NCBI GenBank assembly: GCA_963791005.1
Contig: CAWBQR010000015.1
Coordinates: 6,553 to 70,552 of the forward strand
DNA: 64,000 bases
DNA from: an uncultured delta proteobacterium
Lineage (GTDB): Bacteria; Desulfobacterota; Desulfuromonadia; Desulfuromonadales; CAWBQR01
Direction of reading: 5' to 3'
Positions 19,843-31,746 of this stretch are shown here, piece after piece (position 1 is the stretch's first letter; each line of letters opens with the position of its first letter). Both the position numbers and the translations under genes were made by a program. The notes beneath the pieces were generated by a model. It ran no database searches and had not been told where the DNA came from. It saw only the letters and a list, made by a program, of their open reading frames with translations.

Positions 19843-21183
19843 ATGCTTCAAATCAGGGGCAATCCCAAAGCCGGACTCTACGGGGCGACCCTCGGCTTCT
19901 TCTTCGGCTTCGCCTCGGTGGCCCTGTTCGGGCCGACGGCCGGCAAGTTCAAGGTCCTGATGCAGCTCGACCCCGAGCAGGTCGGCCTGCTGGTGGCGGC
20001 GCCGGCCCTCTCAGGCTCCTTGCTGCGCATCCCCTTCGCGGCCTGGGTCGACACCACTGGGGGACGGAAACCCTTTCTGGTGCTGCTTGCGCTGTCGCTG
20101 GCCGGAATGCTGGGGCTGTGCCTGGTGGCCAACGTCCTCTATCCGCAGCACCTCACCGCCGGCCTCTATCCGCTGCTTCTGCTGCTGGGGGCGCTGTGCG
20201 GCTGCGGCATCGCCACCTTCTCGGTGGGGATCGGCCAGGTCTCCTACTGGTTCACGATGGAGCAGCAGGGCCAGGCCCTGGGGTTCTACGCCGGGATCGG
20301 CAACCTCGCTCCGGGAATCTTCTCCTTCCTGCTGCCGCTGGCCCTCGCCAGGTTCGGCCTCGGCGGGTCCTATCTCGCCTGGCTGGTCTTTCTCGCCGCC
20401 GGCACCTTGCTCTACTTCGCCTACGCCCGAAACGCCCCCTTCTTCCAGCTCATCGAGCGGGGGATACCTCCGGCCCGGGCACGCCAGCAGGCCCACGAGC
20501 ACGGCCAGCAGCTGTTGCCTGCGGGCAGTCTCAAGGACTCCCTGCTCGTCTCGGCCAGGGCCTGGAAGACCTGGCTGCTCGTCGCCATATACTTCACCAC
20601 CTTCGGCGGCTTCATCGCCATGACCGCCTGGCTGCCGATCTACTGGAGCACCTACCTGGCCGCCGGGGCGGTGACCGCCGGGCTGCTGACCGCCCTCTAT
20701 TCCGTCCTCGCCTCGGCGATCCGGATCTTCGGGGGGGTCGTAGCGGACAAGGTCGGCGGAGAGAACACCGCCATCGGCTCGCTGCTGCTGATGCTGGCGG
20801 GAGCAGCGATGATGAGTTTCTCGGACGGCATGGAGCTGTCGGTTCTGGCCGCGGTGCTGATGGCGGTCGGCATGGGAGTCGGCAACGCCGCTGTTTTCAA
20901 ACTGGTGCCCCAGTATGTACCTCAGGCCGTCGGAGGGGCCGCCGGTTGGGTCGGTGGCCTTGGCGCCTTCGGTGGATTTGCCATCCCGCCGCTGCTCGGC
21001 GCCTTCGTGCACGCCTTTGGCAAACCGGGCTACGCCCGCGGCTTTTTCGTCTTCGTTGCCCTGGCCGGACTGTCTCTTCTTCTGGCCTGGGTGCTGAAGC
21101 TGACCCGCCGCAGCTCCCCGGAGGCGACGGCTTCGACCTCGAGGTCCCGAGGACTCAAAAACCTCTCACGACAATTTGGCTAG
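19843..21183 (+). CDS. narK: MFS nitrate/nitrite transporter NarK (copy 2), intact
   Basis: Track ORF 19837..21183 with ATG 19843 after GGGAGG. It has 12-TM MFS character (..GFFFGFASVALFGP.. ; ..GIGNLAPGIFSF.. ; ..GVGNAAVFKLVPQY..). Confidence 0.85.
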   Translation: MLQIRGNPKAGLYGATLGFFFGFASVALFGPTAGKFKVLMQLDPEQVGLLVAAPALSGSLLRIPFAAWVDTTGGRKPFLVLLALSLAGMLGLCLVANVLYPQHLTAGLYPLLLLLGALCGCGIATFSVGIGQVSYWFTMEQQGQALGFYAGIGNLAPGIFSFLLPLALARFGLGGSYLAWLVFLAAGTLLYFAYARNAPFFQLIERGIPPARARQQAHEHGQQLLPAGSLKDSLLVSARAWKTWLLVAIYFTTFGGFIAMTAWLPIYWSTYLAAGAVTAGLLTALYSVLASAIRIFGGVVADKVGGENTAIGSLLLMLAGAAMMSFSDGMELSVLAAVLMAVGMGVGNAAVFKLVPQYVPQAVGGAAGWVGGLGAFGGFAIPPLLGAFVHAFGKPGYARGFFVFVALAGLSLLLAWVLKLTRRSSPEATASTSRSRGLKNLSRQFG

Positions 21184-21189
21184 TGTACC

Positions 21190-21624
21190 GTGCAGGAAAG
21201 AATCTACCGCGATATCTTCGAACAGGCCCCCGACGGCATCCTCTTCGCCGACCGGGAGGGAATCATCCGCCTGTGGAACCGGGGGGCCGAGCGGATTTTC
21301 GGCTACAGCGCCGGGGAGGCCATCGGCCGGAGTCTCGATCTGATCATCCCCGAAAAGCTCCAGCAGCGTCACTGGGACGGCTACCGCCAGGTCATGACCG
21401 AAGGCGAGAGCAAATACGGAACCCAACTGCTCTCGGTTCCCGCCAAACACAAAGCCGGCCGGAAAATGTTCAGCGACTTCTCCATCGTCATGCTCAGGGA
21501 CGAAACGGGCCGGGTGGAGGGAGTGGCGGCCATCATGCGCGACTCCACCGAGCAGAAAGCGAAGGAAAAGAAGATGCGCGAACGGATCAAAGAGCTGGAA
21601 GAAGCCTCTTCGCCCATTGTCTGA
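21190..21624 (+). CDS. stand-alone PAS-domain protein
   Basis: GTG start. IYRDIFEQAPDGILFADREGIIRLWNRGAERIFGYSAGEAIGRSLDLIIPE... is a canonical PAS core. There is no output domain. Confidence 0.75.
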   Translation: MQERIYRDIFEQAPDGILFADREGIIRLWNRGAERIFGYSAGEAIGRSLDLIIPEKLQQRHWDGYRQVMTEGESKYGTQLLSVPAKHKAGRKMFSDFSIVMLRDETGRVEGVAAIMRDSTEQKAKEKKMRERIKELEEASSPIV

Positions 21625-21775
21625 GGGAGAAGCTCAAGGTGGGGGGAGATGGTGATTTTTTTCTGGGAAAGACTTCCCTCACCCGCCCTTCGGGCACCCT
21701 CTCCCAAGGGGAGAGGGGATGATGAAAACCGGCATTATCCCCTATTGGGGAGGGCACCTAACAGCATTTTCCAGG

Positions 21776-22393
21776 ATGAGCGCTATGGGGAATCCGCCAG
21801 TCGGGACAGAGCCGCCCGGGCGCTACCCGGATGTCACGGGGGTGCTTCTGGCCGGAGGCAAAAGCCGCCGGATGGGGCGGGACAAGGCCAGGATGACCTT
21901 CAACGGGCAGAGCCTCTTCGAACGTTCCCTGGGGCTGCTGCAGCGGTTTTTCTCTGCCGTCCTCATCGCCGGCGACCGTCCCGAGCTGGCGGGTCCGAAC
22001 CTCCCGGCCATTCCCGACATCTACCCGGGCAGCGCCCTGGGCGGGCTGCATACCGGGCTGAAGGCGGCGAAGACCGACTGGATTTTCGTCTGCTCCCTGC
22101 GACATGCCCTATCCCGACGGCCGCATCGTCGAGCGGCTCCTGGAGCATCGGGACGGCTTTGACGCGGTCGTCCCGCGCACCCCGGAGGGATACGAGCCCG
22201 TCTTCGCCCTCTATCACCAAAACTGCCTGCCGCAGATGGAGGCCATGCTGCGGCAGAACCGATTCCGCATCTACGATTTCTATCAGTGCATCCGCATCCG
22301 TTACCTCGACCCTCCGGAGCTGCCGGAGGGCTGGCAACGCTCGTTGACAAACGTCAATACCCCCAGGATCTGGCCCGCCTCGAGGAGGGATGA
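21776..22393 (+). pseudogene. mobA: molybdenum cofactor guanylyltransferase, 2 apparent frameshifts (~22095, ~22365)
   Basis: ..VTGVLLAGGKSRRMGRDKARMTFNGQSLFERS...IPDIYPGSALGGLHTGL.. (frame 2). CDMPYPDGRIVERLLEH...VVPRTPEGYEPVFALYH.. (frame 3). The tail NTP-QDLARLEEG-stop returns to frame 2. Confidence 0.8.
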
Positions 22394-22534
22394 CCCCGCC
22401 CGGTGTTTCGGCCGTGGCCGGACTGCGGTGTGTGAATTTCGTGTTCGTTCCGCAGTCCGGCGGCAGTGCCGCGTGCGAGGAGGGCATTCCCTTCACGGCA
22501 AGGCCCGAGGGGAAAACGATAAAGGAGTGACGCC

Positions 22535-23833
22535 ATGGTGACTTACGAGCAGGCCCTGCAACAGGTCAGGGAAGCGGTCACACCGTTGCCCGCGCAGACC
22601 TCTTCCCTTGGGCTGGCCGTCGGCCGGGTGCTGGCCGCACGGGCCCGTGCCCGTTGGGATATGCCCCGTTGGGACAACTCGGCCATGGACGGCTTCGCCC
22701 TGGCGGCGGCCTCAGCGCAGAGGGGAAGCGTTTTGAAGATCGTCGGCAGCTCCTACGCCGGCCACCCCTTCACCGGACGCCTGCAACCCGGAGAGGCCAT
22801 CCGGATCACCACCGGGGCGCCCCTGCCGCCGGGCGCCGACAGCGTGGTTCCCGTCGAAGAAACCCAAATCGCGAGTGAGACGGTGGTTTTGCAGGAACCG
22901 GTCGACAGGGGCCAGCATGTCCGCTACAGGGGAGAGGAATATCGCGAGGGTGAACTTCTGCTGGAGGCGGGAACGACGCTGGATGCCGGCGCCATCGGCC
23001 TGCTCGCCGGCGCCGGCATCGACCGGGTCCGGGTTCATCCGCGCCCCCGGGTCGCTGTCTTCTCCACCGGCGATGAGCTGGTCGAGCTTGGGGAGGAACC
23101 GGGGCCTGGGCAGATTGTCAACTCCAACCTGCAGTATCTGCTCGCCCGGCTGGCTGAATGCGGCTGCCAGCCGATCCCCCTGGGCATCGGCGCGGACCGG
23201 GAGGAGGATCTGGACCGGATTCTCGACCAGGCGCTGGCGGCTGACCTGATCCTCTCCACGGGCGGGGTTTCCGTCGGGGAGAAGGACCTGGTCCGGCAGA
23301 CGTTGAATCGACGGGGGTTTGTGCGCAAATTCTGGAGGGTGGCGATCAAGCCGGGCAAACCGGTCCTCTTCGGCATCCTGGAGAACCGGCCATGTTTCGG
23401 GCTGCCGGGCAATCCGGCCGCGACCGCCGCCACCTTTGAACTCTTCGTGCGGCCGGCGCTGGGAATTCTCGCCGGCCGCCGGGACCCCGCGACGCCGAGA
23501 CTCCGGGTCAGCCTGGCGGAATCGGTCCGCGGCGGCGCAACGCGTCGGCAGTTTCTCTGGGGGAGGTTATTCAGCGAGGGCGGAGAGCTGCACTTCGTTC
23601 CGTCGAAGCGACAGGGATCGGGGCAGACCCGCAGTCTTCAAAACGTCCAGGCCCTGCTGCCGCTGCCGGAGGGAAGCCCCGACCTGGCAGCCGGCGAGCG
23701 GGTGGAAATCCTGCTGCTGCGGCTGCCCGTGACGGCCCGAGAAGCCGTCCGGACAAAGGAAATCTCCCGCCCGGGAAGGGTCGTGCGGGGTCAAGGATGG
23801 CGGCGCAGGAGGGCAGCCGCAAGGAGTGGGTGA
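22535..23833 (+). CDS. moeA: molybdopterin molybdenumtransferase
   Basis: Intact 432-aa ORF: ..WDNSAMDGFAL.. ; ..IRITTGAPLPPGADSVVPVE.. ; ..STGDELVE.. ; ..ILSTGGVSVGEKDL.. ; ..AIKPGKPVLFG..GLPGNPAAT. Confidence 0.9.
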   Translation: MVTYEQALQQVREAVTPLPAQTSSLGLAVGRVLAARARARWDMPRWDNSAMDGFALAAASAQRGSVLKIVGSSYAGHPFTGRLQPGEAIRITTGAPLPPGADSVVPVEETQIASETVVLQEPVDRGQHVRYRGEEYREGELLLEAGTTLDAGAIGLLAGAGIDRVRVHPRPRVAVFSTGDELVELGEEPGPGQIVNSNLQYLLARLAECGCQPIPLGIGADREEDLDRILDQALAADLILSTGGVSVGEKDLVRQTLNRRGFVRKFWRVAIKPGKPVLFGILENRPCFGLPGNPAATAATFELFVRPALGILAGRRDPATPRLRVSLAESVRGGATRRQFLWGRLFSEGGELHFVPSKRQGSGQTRSLQNVQALLPLPEGSPDLAAGERVEILLLRLPVTAREAVRTKEISRPGRVVRGQGWRRRRAAARSG

Positions 23834-23890
23834 GAGGGAGCGGGGCACCCTCCCAAGCCATTCCACATCTTTTCAGGTACTGACCCCCGC

Positions 23891-24898
23891 TCAGTGCCCG
23901 AAGCTGTCGGCGAGGGGAATCAGCTGCCGGAAGTCGGCATTGCTCAGGACGCTGTGCCAGTGCCCCGTGGCGATGCCCGCTCCGATGCCGGCGGCGAAGA
24001 GCAGAACGACCAGACCGGCAAAGGCCCAGGCGGGGAGCGGCTTTTGCCAAAGGGGAGGACTCATCGCCAGGGCGCCGGCCTGCGGGCAATGGTCGATGCA
24101 ACTTTGGCAGGCGAGGCATTCCGGGGAGCGCACGGCGCTCTTGCGGTGCACCGGGAGGTGCGCCGGACAGGAACGGCTGCAACCCTGGCAATCGGTACAA
24201 TGCGCGGCGTTTCGTCGAATCCGAACGGGGCTAAGCAGGGCGACGAACCCGAGCAGCGCTCCGTAGGGGCAGAGATAGCGGCACCAGAAATGCCTGTAGA
24301 TGAGGGAGAGGACTGCCAGAACCGACAGAACCGACAGGGTGAAGCCCGTCATGCGGGTGAAGAAGTGGAGCATCCGCACGTCGCTGACCGCCCAGTAGGG
24401 AGAGGCGAGAAAGCCCTGGAGGGCCGGCAGGGGCATATCGAGCAGAATCAGCTTGACGAAGAAAAGAAGCAGGGCGTACTTGAGCCCCCGCAGGAGAAAA
24501 TCGGCCCATCCCCAGGGGCGGAAATTCCTCCCGAACGTTCTCTTTCCGAGGTTCCCCAGCGCTTCCGAGAGCGTTCCGACCGGGCAGAGCCACCCGCAGA
24601 AGGCCTTCCCCGCCACCAGCGTTAACGCCAGTATGGTCAGGAAAATCACCAGAGCCGCCGGGTGAATCCCGTTGAAGATTCCGGAGAGGAGCCAGTACTT
24701 GAAGCTGACCAGCGCCCCGATGGGCAAAAAGCCCTCCACACCCGGGGGGCGCGACACGTAGGGGGCGGCGGCGCCTGAGGCGAAGTGCCGTACGAACAGG
24801 CCGAAGCGGATGCCCAGGGTCAGGACCAAGAGGAAAAACCCCCACTGCACCAGTGCCCGCCAAAAGCCCGCCTTTTCGATTTTCCGACGCAAGTCCAT
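23891..24898 (-). CDS. membrane polyferredoxin, NapH/MauN/NosH-like 4Fe-4S protein
   Basis: 335 aa. TM helices carry CGWLCP and WCRYLCP motifs, and the C-terminal part has CTDCQGCSRSCP and CLACQSCIDHCP clusters. Confidence 0.75.
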   Translation of the reverse strand: MDLRRKIEKAGFWRALVQWGFFLLVLTLGIRFGLFVRHFASGAAAPYVSRPPGVEGFLPIGALVSFKYWLLSGIFNGIHPAALVIFLTILALTLVAGKAFCGWLCPVGTLSEALGNLGKRTFGRNFRPWGWADFLLRGLKYALLLFFVKLILLDMPLPALQGFLASPYWAVSDVRMLHFFTRMTGFTLSVLSVLAVLSLIYRHFWCRYLCPYGALLGFVALLSPVRIRRNAAHCTDCQGCSRSCPAHLPVHRKSAVRSPECLACQSCIDHCPQAGALAMSPPLWQKPLPAWAFAGLVVLLFAAGIGAGIATGHWHSVLSNADFRQLIPLADSFGH

Positions 24899-25022
24899 CC
24901 TGTGCCCCTTTTCCTTTGGCTCTGTCAGGCGAATAGTCCGGTCCTGAACCGCCGCTTACCATAAACCAGCCGATGCATTCAAAACAAGGTGAAGTTTAAA
25001 CCCAGAAGGGGCCCTTGCGTCA

Positions 25023-25036
25023 TTGACCTGGATCAA
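25023..25036. promoter_or_regulatory. FNR/CRP-family box TTGACCTGGATCAA between the NapH-like gene and PCuAC
   Basis: TTGA-N6-TCAA dyad in the divergent intergenic region 24899-25215. Confidence 0.5.
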
Positions 25037-25215
25037 GACCTGGGCATATCTTTCCCGGCGCTCTATCCCGGCATAGGGGCGAGGATACGGTCGGGAAAGG
25101 CCGAGAGAAACAATTTTCCCGCTCTGGCGGAGTTCCGGAATGAGAAAGTTTGACTTTCGGATCGCCTGTGATTTCATTAGCAAAGAGAAAAATGAACCGT
25201 AGAAAGGGGGCTGTC

Positions 25216-25674
25216 ATGGACCTTCATCGTATTTTCTTTTTTCTTTTCCTTATCCCGGCTCTGCTCCTGTCCGGCTCCGCCCATGCCCGGGAGCCGACCC
25301 CGAACATCCTCGTCAGCCATGCCTGGGTGCGCGCCATGCCGCCCTCAATGGAAAATACGGCGGCGTACATGACGATTGAAAACAAAACGGGTGAAGACAT
25401 CGTCCTGAAGTCGGCCGGCACCAGCGCCGCGCAGACCGTGGAGATCCACCGGATGATGCAGGTCGGCGACATCATGGAAATGAAGGAGGTCGACAATCTC
25501 CGAATTTCGGCCGGAGAGCGTCTGGATCTGAAGCCGAACGGTTTTCACCTCATGATCATTCACCTGCGCAGGCCGCTGGCTGAAGGCGAAACCATCCCGC
25601 TCGTGCTTTATTTTTCGGGAGGACGCCGTGTGAGAGTAAACGCCGTAGTTCGCAAATGGGGTGAGGGCGGTTAG
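25216..25674 (+). CDS. periplasmic copper chaperone PCu(A)C (DUF461)
   Basis: ATG 25216 follows AAGGGGG. It has a signal peptide and H/M motifs: HAWVRAMPPSMENTAAYMTIEN and VEIHRMMQVGDIMEM. Confidence 0.75.
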   Translation: MDLHRIFFFLFLIPALLLSGSAHAREPTPNILVSHAWVRAMPPSMENTAAYMTIENKTGEDIVLKSAGTSAAQTVEIHRMMQVGDIMEMKEVDNLRISAGERLDLKPNGFHLMIIHLRRPLAEGETIPLVLYFSGGRRVRVNAVVRKWGEGG

Positions 25675-25718
25675 CAGTGAAAAGGTAGAAAGGCGAGGAA
25701 ACGGAGGAAGTGGCGCCG

Positions 25719-26318
25719 ATGAAAAAACAGCTGAAAATCACCCTAGCCCTGGCGGTTATGGGAATATGTCTTTTGGTCATCGCAGGGACGTACCTGGTTC
25801 ATTTCAAGAACGCCCCTTCGCCCGGGATCGAAGGGGCGTTTAATCCCGGCGGGGACTTTACCCTTGTGGAGGACAACGGAAAGGTTTTCCATCTCAGCGA
25901 CTGCCGGGGCAAAGTCGTCCTTTTATTTTTCGGCTACACCTCCTGCCCGAACGCTTGTCCGATAACCCTTGCCAAATTGTCCCGGGCCTTCGCCCTGCTC
26001 GGGTCGGCCCGCGAGAAGGTATTGACCGTTTTCGTAACGGTCGACCCGCAACGGGATACCCCTGCCAAGCTGAAAGAGTATCTGGGATATTTCGGCGTCA
26101 ACGCCGTGGGTTTGACCGGGACAAAAGCGCAAATCGATTCTGTGGTTGGTGCTTATCACGCCTTTTATCAGAAAGTTCCAACAAAGTCGGCCATGGGGTA
26201 CACGATCAACCACAGCACCAATGTCTATCTCATCGGCAAACAGGGGAAGGTGCACTACCTGTTCAAGCCGCTGGATACTCCGGCAAAGATGGCCGAGACT
26301 ATCAAGGACTTTCTCTAA
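25719..26318 (+). CDS. SCO1/SenC copper-binding thioredoxin-fold protein
   Basis: N-terminal TM anchor, CxxxC motif (FGYTSCPNACP) and a downstream conserved His (INHST). Confidence 0.85.
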   Translation: MKKQLKITLALAVMGICLLVIAGTYLVHFKNAPSPGIEGAFNPGGDFTLVEDNGKVFHLSDCRGKVVLLFFGYTSCPNACPITLAKLSRAFALLGSAREKVLTVFVTVDPQRDTPAKLKEYLGYFGVNAVGLTGTKAQIDSVVGAYHAFYQKVPTKSAMGYTINHSTNVYLIGKQGKVHYLFKPLDTPAKMAETIKDFL

Positions 26319-26834
26319 GCTCCCGCCTGGGGGAATGAGCATCGAGGTCCCAGCGCAGAATCGCCTGGGATCTGGGACAGATGGTCTTTACCGGGGTGGA
26401 GCAAGACGCTGCCGAACGATACGTGGTCCAGGAGCATATCCGAAATCCCGACCTTATCCGACACCGACCGCACCGCACCGGACCGGCGAAGGGGAGACGC
26501 GCATGCTATCAGACCCGAAGGGCCGCTTCTGGAAGCCGGCAGGGCTGCCTGTGGCGAAGCGATTGCCGTTGAACTGACCTGCGCCGTCTGCCTGGCGGCC
26601 CGGGCGAAGCCTCCCTTTTCGAGGGGTCGTCCCGGCTTTTTTCTCCCCGGGCCTTCCCTCCGCGCAAAATCTCCGTCTTCCCTTTTACCCTACCGGCTTA
26701 TCTTTTTTTCTCACAGATACTCATCATTCCCGAAAACCCGCCAGATCAACTTAATCGGGTATAATTTTGCGTTAATTCCCCCAGATGCTATAAAATCAAA
26801 AAAGTCGGAACCTCTCCCGTTCCGAACCGAAGAT

Positions 26835-26992
26835 TGATGGCGTCGCAAAAACTCACCAACTGCTGCGTTGCTGCAATTGCTCTCGCTGCTTCGACGTACG
26901 TCAGTACGCCTCATTGCTCGACAATGGCGCGGCTTGCATTTGGCGCGTTTTGCTTAGCCAACCACTCATTTTACTTTCTTGCGAAAGCATCA
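26835..26992 (-). repeat. MITE-like repeat family, copy C (same termini, different internal segment)
   Basis: It starts TGATGGCGTCGCAAAAACTC and ends TTTTGCTTAGCCAACCACTCATTTTACTTTCTTGCGAAAGCATCA. The interior differs from copies B/D/E. It ends 24 bp before the glgP start. Confidence 0.6.
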
Positions 26993-27015
26993 AGATTGCG
27001 AAAGGAACCGATGCG

Positions 27016-29524
<2,509 letters not shown>

Positions 29525-29638
29525 ACGGTGAGGTGGTGAGACGGGGAAATAGGGAGGTGGGGAGATGGAAGAGCGGCTTTTTTCCACCTCCCCATCTCCC
29601 CGCTTGCCATCTCCCCTGTCTTTGGAGGGCAGTCGGCT

Positions 29639-30775
29639 ATGGCGGAGGAAAACAACGATTTCGCCCTGGTTCTGACGGGCGGCGGGGCGCGGGCGGCCTA
29701 CCAGGTGGGGTTCCTGCGCGGGCTGTCGCGGCAGTTTCCCGACCTGCACTTCTCCATCCTGACCGGGGTTTCGGCGGGAGCCATCAATGCGGCCTACATC
29801 GCCAACCATTCGGGAAGCTTTGCCGAGGCCATCGACGATTTGGCGGGGCTCTGGGGGGAACTAGTGGTGGAGAAGGTGTTCCGGGCCGACCCCTGGTCCC
29901 TGGCAAAAAGCGTCCTGGGCTGGGGAGCGGCCCTGCTCTCCGGCGGGGCCGTCAAGGCGCCGACTGCCCGGGGCCTGGTCGACACCACCCCCCTGCACCG
30001 GCTGCTCGACACCCGCATGGCCGCAACGGAGGGCGTTCTCACGGGGGTGGGCGACAACCTGCAGCGGGGCCGGCTGAAGGCCCTGGCCATCACGGGGACG
30101 AAATACGGCACGGGTCAGGCCCTCACCTGGATCCAGGGTAAGGGGATAGAGACCTGGGAGCGCCCTCACCGGCGCAGCGTGCGTACAGATATCCGCACCG
30201 CCCACGTCATGGCCTCCGCCGCCCTGCCCCTGTTCTTCCCGGCCATCCAGGTGGGGGACGCCTGGTACGGCGACGGCGGCATCCACCAGCAGGCCCCCCT
30301 CTCCCCCGCCCTGCACCTGGGGGCGAAACGGGTCCTGGCCATCTCCACCCGCCACGAACGCTCCCTCTCCGAGGCCAATGTCCCCGTCATCCGCGGCTAT
30401 CCGCCGCCGGCCCAGATCCTCGGCACCCTGTTCAACTCCCTCTTTCTCGACGTCCTCGATCAGGACGCCCGCTCCCTGGAGGTCATCAATTACCTGCTGG
30501 AAAAGGTCCCCGGGGAAGATGCGAAGCCCCTGCGGCCGGTGGAGCTCTTCCTCCTTCGCCCGTCGCGCAACCTGAGCCAGGAGGCCCACCGGTTCGAGGC
30601 CCGCCTCCCCGGGATGTTTCGTTTTCTGATCCGCGGTCTCGGGACGACCCAGACCGAAAGCCCGGACTGGCTGAGCATGATTCTGTTCGACCCCGACTAC
30701 CTGCGGCTTCTCATGGAAATCGGAGAGGAGGATGCCGAGGTCCGCAGGGACGATTTCGCGGCGCGCCTCGGATGA
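29639..30775 (+). CDS. patatin-like phospholipase
   Basis: GGGARAAYQVG oxyanion motif, GVSAGA nucleophile elbow, and DGG (YGDGGI). Confidence 0.85.
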   Translation: MAEENNDFALVLTGGGARAAYQVGFLRGLSRQFPDLHFSILTGVSAGAINAAYIANHSGSFAEAIDDLAGLWGELVVEKVFRADPWSLAKSVLGWGAALLSGGAVKAPTARGLVDTTPLHRLLDTRMAATEGVLTGVGDNLQRGRLKALAITGTKYGTGQALTWIQGKGIETWERPHRRSVRTDIRTAHVMASAALPLFFPAIQVGDAWYGDGGIHQQAPLSPALHLGAKRVLAISTRHERSLSEANVPVIRGYPPPAQILGTLFNSLFLDVLDQDARSLEVINYLLEKVPGEDAKPLRPVELFLLRPSRNLSQEAHRFEARLPGMFRFLIRGLGTTQTESPDWLSMILFDPDYLRLLMEIGEEDAEVRRDDFAARLG

Positions 30776-30822
30776 GAGAGGATATCTGGAGGGGGGGACA
30801 TCGGGAGGGGTTTCCCTGAACT

Positions 30823-31746
30823 TCAGGGGCCGGCCGTGCTCCGGGCTTCTGTGGGGATGTCGGGGGAGGTCGCAAGAAGGTTCCGTCCCACAAAGAGCTT
30901 GGCGAACTGCAACGCCGTGCGGCCGCAGCGCTTGCTCTTCTCGTGGGACCAGCCGATGGCCGCCTGCTCCACCTCCCGGCTCCAGGGCAGCGTCGCACCG
31001 TGGCGGGCGGCCAGGTTGTCGATGCACTGGCGCACCACCCGCAGGTACTGGTCCTGGGAGAAGACGCGAAAGGAGACCCACAGGCCGAAGCGGTCGGAGA
31101 GGGATATCTTCTCCTCCACACCCTCCCCATGGTGGATTTCGTTGTTGACCATCTTCGAGCCGAGGTTGTCGGTAGGGTATTCGGGCAGAAGGTGACGGCG
31201 GTTGGAGGTCACGTAGATGAGGGTGTTCTCCGGGGCCGAATAGACCGAGCCGTCGAGGGCGCTCTTGAGGATCTTGTAGCTCTTCTCGCCCGGCTCGAAG
31301 GAGAGGTCGTCGCAGAAGAGGAGGAAGCGGAAGGGCTGGTCCTGGATGCGGCTGAAGATGTCCGGCAAAAACGGCAGGTCGTCCTTGTCGACCTGGATGA
31401 TGCGCAGCCCCTGTGGGGCGTAGGTGTTGAGCAGCGCCCGGATGACGGAGGACTTCCCCGTGCCGCGGGACCCCCACAGCAGGATGTTGTTGGCCGGAAG
31501 GCCCCGGAGAAACTGACGGGTGTTGTCCTCGATGAGCCTTTTCTGCTCGTCGATCCCCAGGAGGTCCTCAAGGGCGATGGGGTCGAGGTTGGGCGCCGGT
31601 TCGAGGTAGCCGGCCAGGGAGTGGCGGCGCCAGTTGGCGGCGATGCATGTGGCCCAATCGACTTCGGGAACGGGCCTGGGCAGGATCTGTTCGGCCGCGG
31701 CGAGTACCCGTCGGAGCTGTTCAATCAGTTCTGGGTCCAGATTCAT
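30823..31746 (-). CDS. DUF815-type AAA ATPase
   Basis: Start MNLDPELIEQL at 31746 follows GGAGG. Walker A GSRGTGKSS and Walker B FLLFCDDLSF are present. Confidence 0.75.
   Translation of the reverse strand: MNLDPELIEQLRRVLAAAEQILPRPVPEVDWATCIAANWRRHSLAGYLEPAPNLDPIALEDLLGIDEQKRLIEDNTRQFLRGLPANNILLWGSRGTGKSSVIRALLNTYAPQGLRIIQVDKDDLPFLPDIFSRIQDQPFRFLLFCDDLSFEPGEKSYKILKSALDGSVYSAPENTLIYVTSNRRHLLPEYPTDNLGSKMVNNEIHHGEGVEEKISLSDRFGLWVSFRVFSQDQYLRVVRQCIDNLAARHGATLPWSREVEQAAIGWSHEKSKRCGRTALQFAKLFVGRNLLATSPDIPTEARSTAGP

Noticed and set aside
21636-21720. Possible CRISPR-like or tandem repeat (GGGGAGATGG..., CCCTCACCCGCCCTTCGGGCACCCTCTCCCAAGGGGAGAGGGG)
   Set aside because: It is a single palindromic REP-like unit. 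There are no regularly spaced repeat-spacer units and no cas genes.
26320-26830. ORFs 26146..26577 and 26381..26572 in the 500-bp gap after Sco1
   Set aside because: The first is out of frame with, and overlaps, the Sco1 3-prime end. Both have Arg/Pro-rich composition and no start context. The region is more likely the non-coding glgP upstream region.
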